DNA from: Candidatus Zhuqueibacterota bacterium | GTDB taxonomy: Bacteria; Zhuqueibacterota; Zhuqueibacteria; Thermofontimicrobiales; Thermofontimicrobiaceae | Assembly (NCBI GenBank): GCA_049322915.1 | Contig: JBMOPW010000003.1 | Coordinates: 64,001 to 128,000 of the forward strand | Direction of reading: 5' to 3' | DNA: 64,000 bases | In this document: positions 62,279 to 64,000 of the stretch, one piece after another | Layout of the letters: each line of letters starts with the position of its first letter | Numbering within the stretch: position 1 is the stretch's first letter | The notes under the pieces: generated by a model | Seen by the model: the letters and a program-made list of their open reading frames with translations, nothing else | Databases searched by the model: none | What the model was told of the DNA's origin: nothing | Position numbers and translations under genes: made by a program

Positions 62279-63169
62279 TCAAGCTGCTTCTTCTTTTGCT
62301 TGTTTGACGGCGCCATAAGGCACGAACTTGTCGCCCAGCTTTTGCGATAGCCAGCCATTCCAGTTATCGATGAATGTGGGTTTTTCCTTGTCAACGAATT
62401 TGCCCACGATAATTTTTTCCTGAAAGGCGATGTCCAGTTCATCGAGACTGGCGCCATGCTTGATCTCGCTGTTATCGTGATAGAATTTCATCAGATCCAG
62501 ACCGGTGCCCAGTCGATTGCGTCGCGCGTACAACGTCGAGCAAGGTGCGATCACTTCGACGAACGAAAAACCGCGTTTGTTCAAAGCCTCGGTCATGGAA
62601 CGGGTCAGGCGGCGAATGTGGAGCGACGTCCATCGGGCGACATACGTTGCGCCGCACGACGCAGCAAGCATCGGCAAATTGAACGGCATATCACTGTTGC
62701 CGTAGGGCGACGTGGAACTGTTCGCGCGAAGCGGCGTTGTTGGAGCGCATTGTCCGCCGGTCATGGCGTAGATGAAATTATTCACGCAGATCACGGTGAG
62801 GTCCATGTTCCTTCGCGCCGCATGGATGAGGTGATTCCCGCCAATGGAAATTAAATCGCCATCGCCGCTGAACACGATCACTTTCAGCTCCGGGTTGGCC
62901 AACTTCAACCCGGTGGCAAAAGGAATGGCGCGTCCGTGAGTTGTGTGAAACGAATCCAGCTTGATGTAACCAGCTACCCGTCCGGTGCAGCCAATCCCGG
63001 AGACGATGGCGATTTTATCCAGCGGATAATCGAATTTTTCCAATGCAGCGATGAAACAAGAGACTGCCGTGCCAATGCCGCATGTCGGACACCAGATATG
63101 AGGGATGCGATCCATCCGCAGCAATTTCTCCATGGGATGTTCCGGCAGATTATCTTTTATCGTACTCAT
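62279..63169 (-). CDS. korB: 2-oxoacid:ferredoxin oxidoreductase beta subunit
   Basis: Motifs WCPTCG, SGIGC, HGRA, TPP-binding GDGD..IGGNH and NN..YAMTGGQ. Confidence 0.93.
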   Translation of the reverse strand: MSTIKDNLPEHPMEKLLRMDRIPHIWCPTCGIGTAVSCFIAALEKFDYPLDKIAIVSGIGCTGRVAGYIKLDSFHTTHGRAIPFATGLKLANPELKVIVFSGDGDLISIGGNHLIHAARRNMDLTVICVNNFIYAMTGGQCAPTTPLRANSSTSPYGNSDMPFNLPMLAASCGATYVARWTSLHIRRLTRSMTEALNKRGFSFVEVIAPCSTLYARRNRLGTGLDLMKFYHDNSEIKHGASLDELDIAFQEKIIVGKFVDKEKPTFIDNWNGWLSQKLGDKFVPYGAVKQAKEEAA

Positions 63170-64000
63170 TTGACTGCCTCCTGTATTACTTTGAAAATTT
63201 TATCCGGATCATGGACCCAGCCGCCGGCATGGGGCACATGAAATACCTTTGCTTTGCCACAAACCACTCGCTCCAATTCCAGCACCACCTGGCCCAGATT
63301 GATTTCCGGCATCACGAACGCTTTGGCCGTTTTTGCCAGTTCTCTCACGCGTCGTTCCGGGAATGGCCACACGGTGATCATTTTTACAAATCCCACTTTT
63401 ATGCCTTTTTCCCGCGCCTTAAAAACCGCCGGCATGGCCACGCGGGACGTGATTCCGTAGGCCATCACAATGACGTCGGCATCTTCGGTCTGATCTTCCT
63501 CGATTTCAATAATGTCGTCCGCGTTCTTCTTTATTTTATCGCACAGTCGGTTGACGAGTTTGTCCTGGGTTTCCGCGGTCATGACCGGGTAGCCGCGTTC
63601 GTCATGGGTCAAGCCGGTGGAGTGAATGCGATAGCCTTCCCCAACGACGATCATTTCCGGCACCAAATCCTTGCCGGCCTTGTAGGGCAAATATTTATCC
63701 GGCGGCAATTTGGTCAAGCGCCGGGGAGTAATTTCGATGTCATCCGCCGCAGGGATAACGACTTTCTCGGTCATGTGGCCCACGCATTCATCCAGCATCA
63801 GCAGCACAGGCACGCGATATTTTTCAGCAAGATTAAAGCATTTAATGGTGTAATCGAAACTTTCCTGCGGCGACGCCGGGCTCACCGCGATGATTTCATA
63901 GTCTCCGTGAGAGCCCCAGCGCGCCTGCATCATATCCTGCTGGCCAACCATGGTGGGCAGTCCGGTCGACGGGCCGCCGCGTTGCACGTTCACGACGACG
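63166..64000 (-). CDS. korA: 2-oxoacid:ferredoxin oxidoreductase alpha subunit (5' end outside the window)
   Basis: Motifs NVQRGGPSTGLPT, QARWGSHGD, TGLTHDERG, WPFP and EINLGQ. Confidence 0.93.
   Translation of the reverse strand, partial: VVVNVQRGGPSTGLPTMVGQQDMMQARWGSHGDYEIIAVSPASPQESFDYTIKCFNLAEKYRVPVLLMLDECVGHMTEKVVIPAADDIEITPRRLTKLPPDKYLPYKAGKDLVPEMIVVGEGYRIHSTGLTHDERGYPVMTAETQDKLVNRLCDKIKKNADDIIEIEEDQTEDADVIVMAYGITSRVAMPAVFKAREKGIKVGFVKMITVWPFPERRVRELAKTAKAFVMPEINLGQVVLELERVVCGKAKVFHVPHAGGWVHDPDKIFKVIQEAVK

Noticed and set aside
49847..64000. Archaeal or methanogen origin because of the hdrABC and mvhD genes
   Set aside because: The context is clearly bacterial (rpsU, csrA, TolC-RND, NAD ligase), and the SECIS candidates lie within the coding sequence, as in bacteria.

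Overview
A 64 kb window of bacterial chromosome. The secreted proteins with FlgD/T9SS-like C-terminal domains, a DGGGPS-like UbiA protein and the anaerobic redox genes suggest an anaerobic FCB-group organism such as KSB1 or Calditrichota; this is inference. About 1-42 kb is mostly housekeeping and metabolic: ligA, ltaE, lhr, hisS, a GH38 mannosidase, rhaA, a TetR-TolC-RND pump, tnaA, the ubiA-dtd-hit-rpsU-yqeY-cvpA-mutS2-ribA run, an M14 peptidase and an aminotransferase. Three things stand out. (1) A kor-hdr redox cluster (49.8-64 kb) in which three genes that the ORF track splits (two hdrA, one mvhD) are better read as single selenoproteins. Each has an in-frame TGA at a conserved Cys position, followed by a SECIS-like hairpin. 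(2) A co-directional locus (42.0-49.6 kb) behind a sigma28-like promoter. It encodes CsrA, a pseudo-receiver-STAS protein, a radical SAM enzyme, a catalytically degenerate nucleotide-sugar dehydrogenase, a TPR-methyltransferase and a strongly diverged flagellin-like protein. (3) Several families of small non-autonomous elements. These include two 161 bp MITEs with conserved ends, 4 bp target duplications and unrelated cores, one of which disrupts an SRPBCC gene. I found no rRNA, tRNA or CRISPR array.
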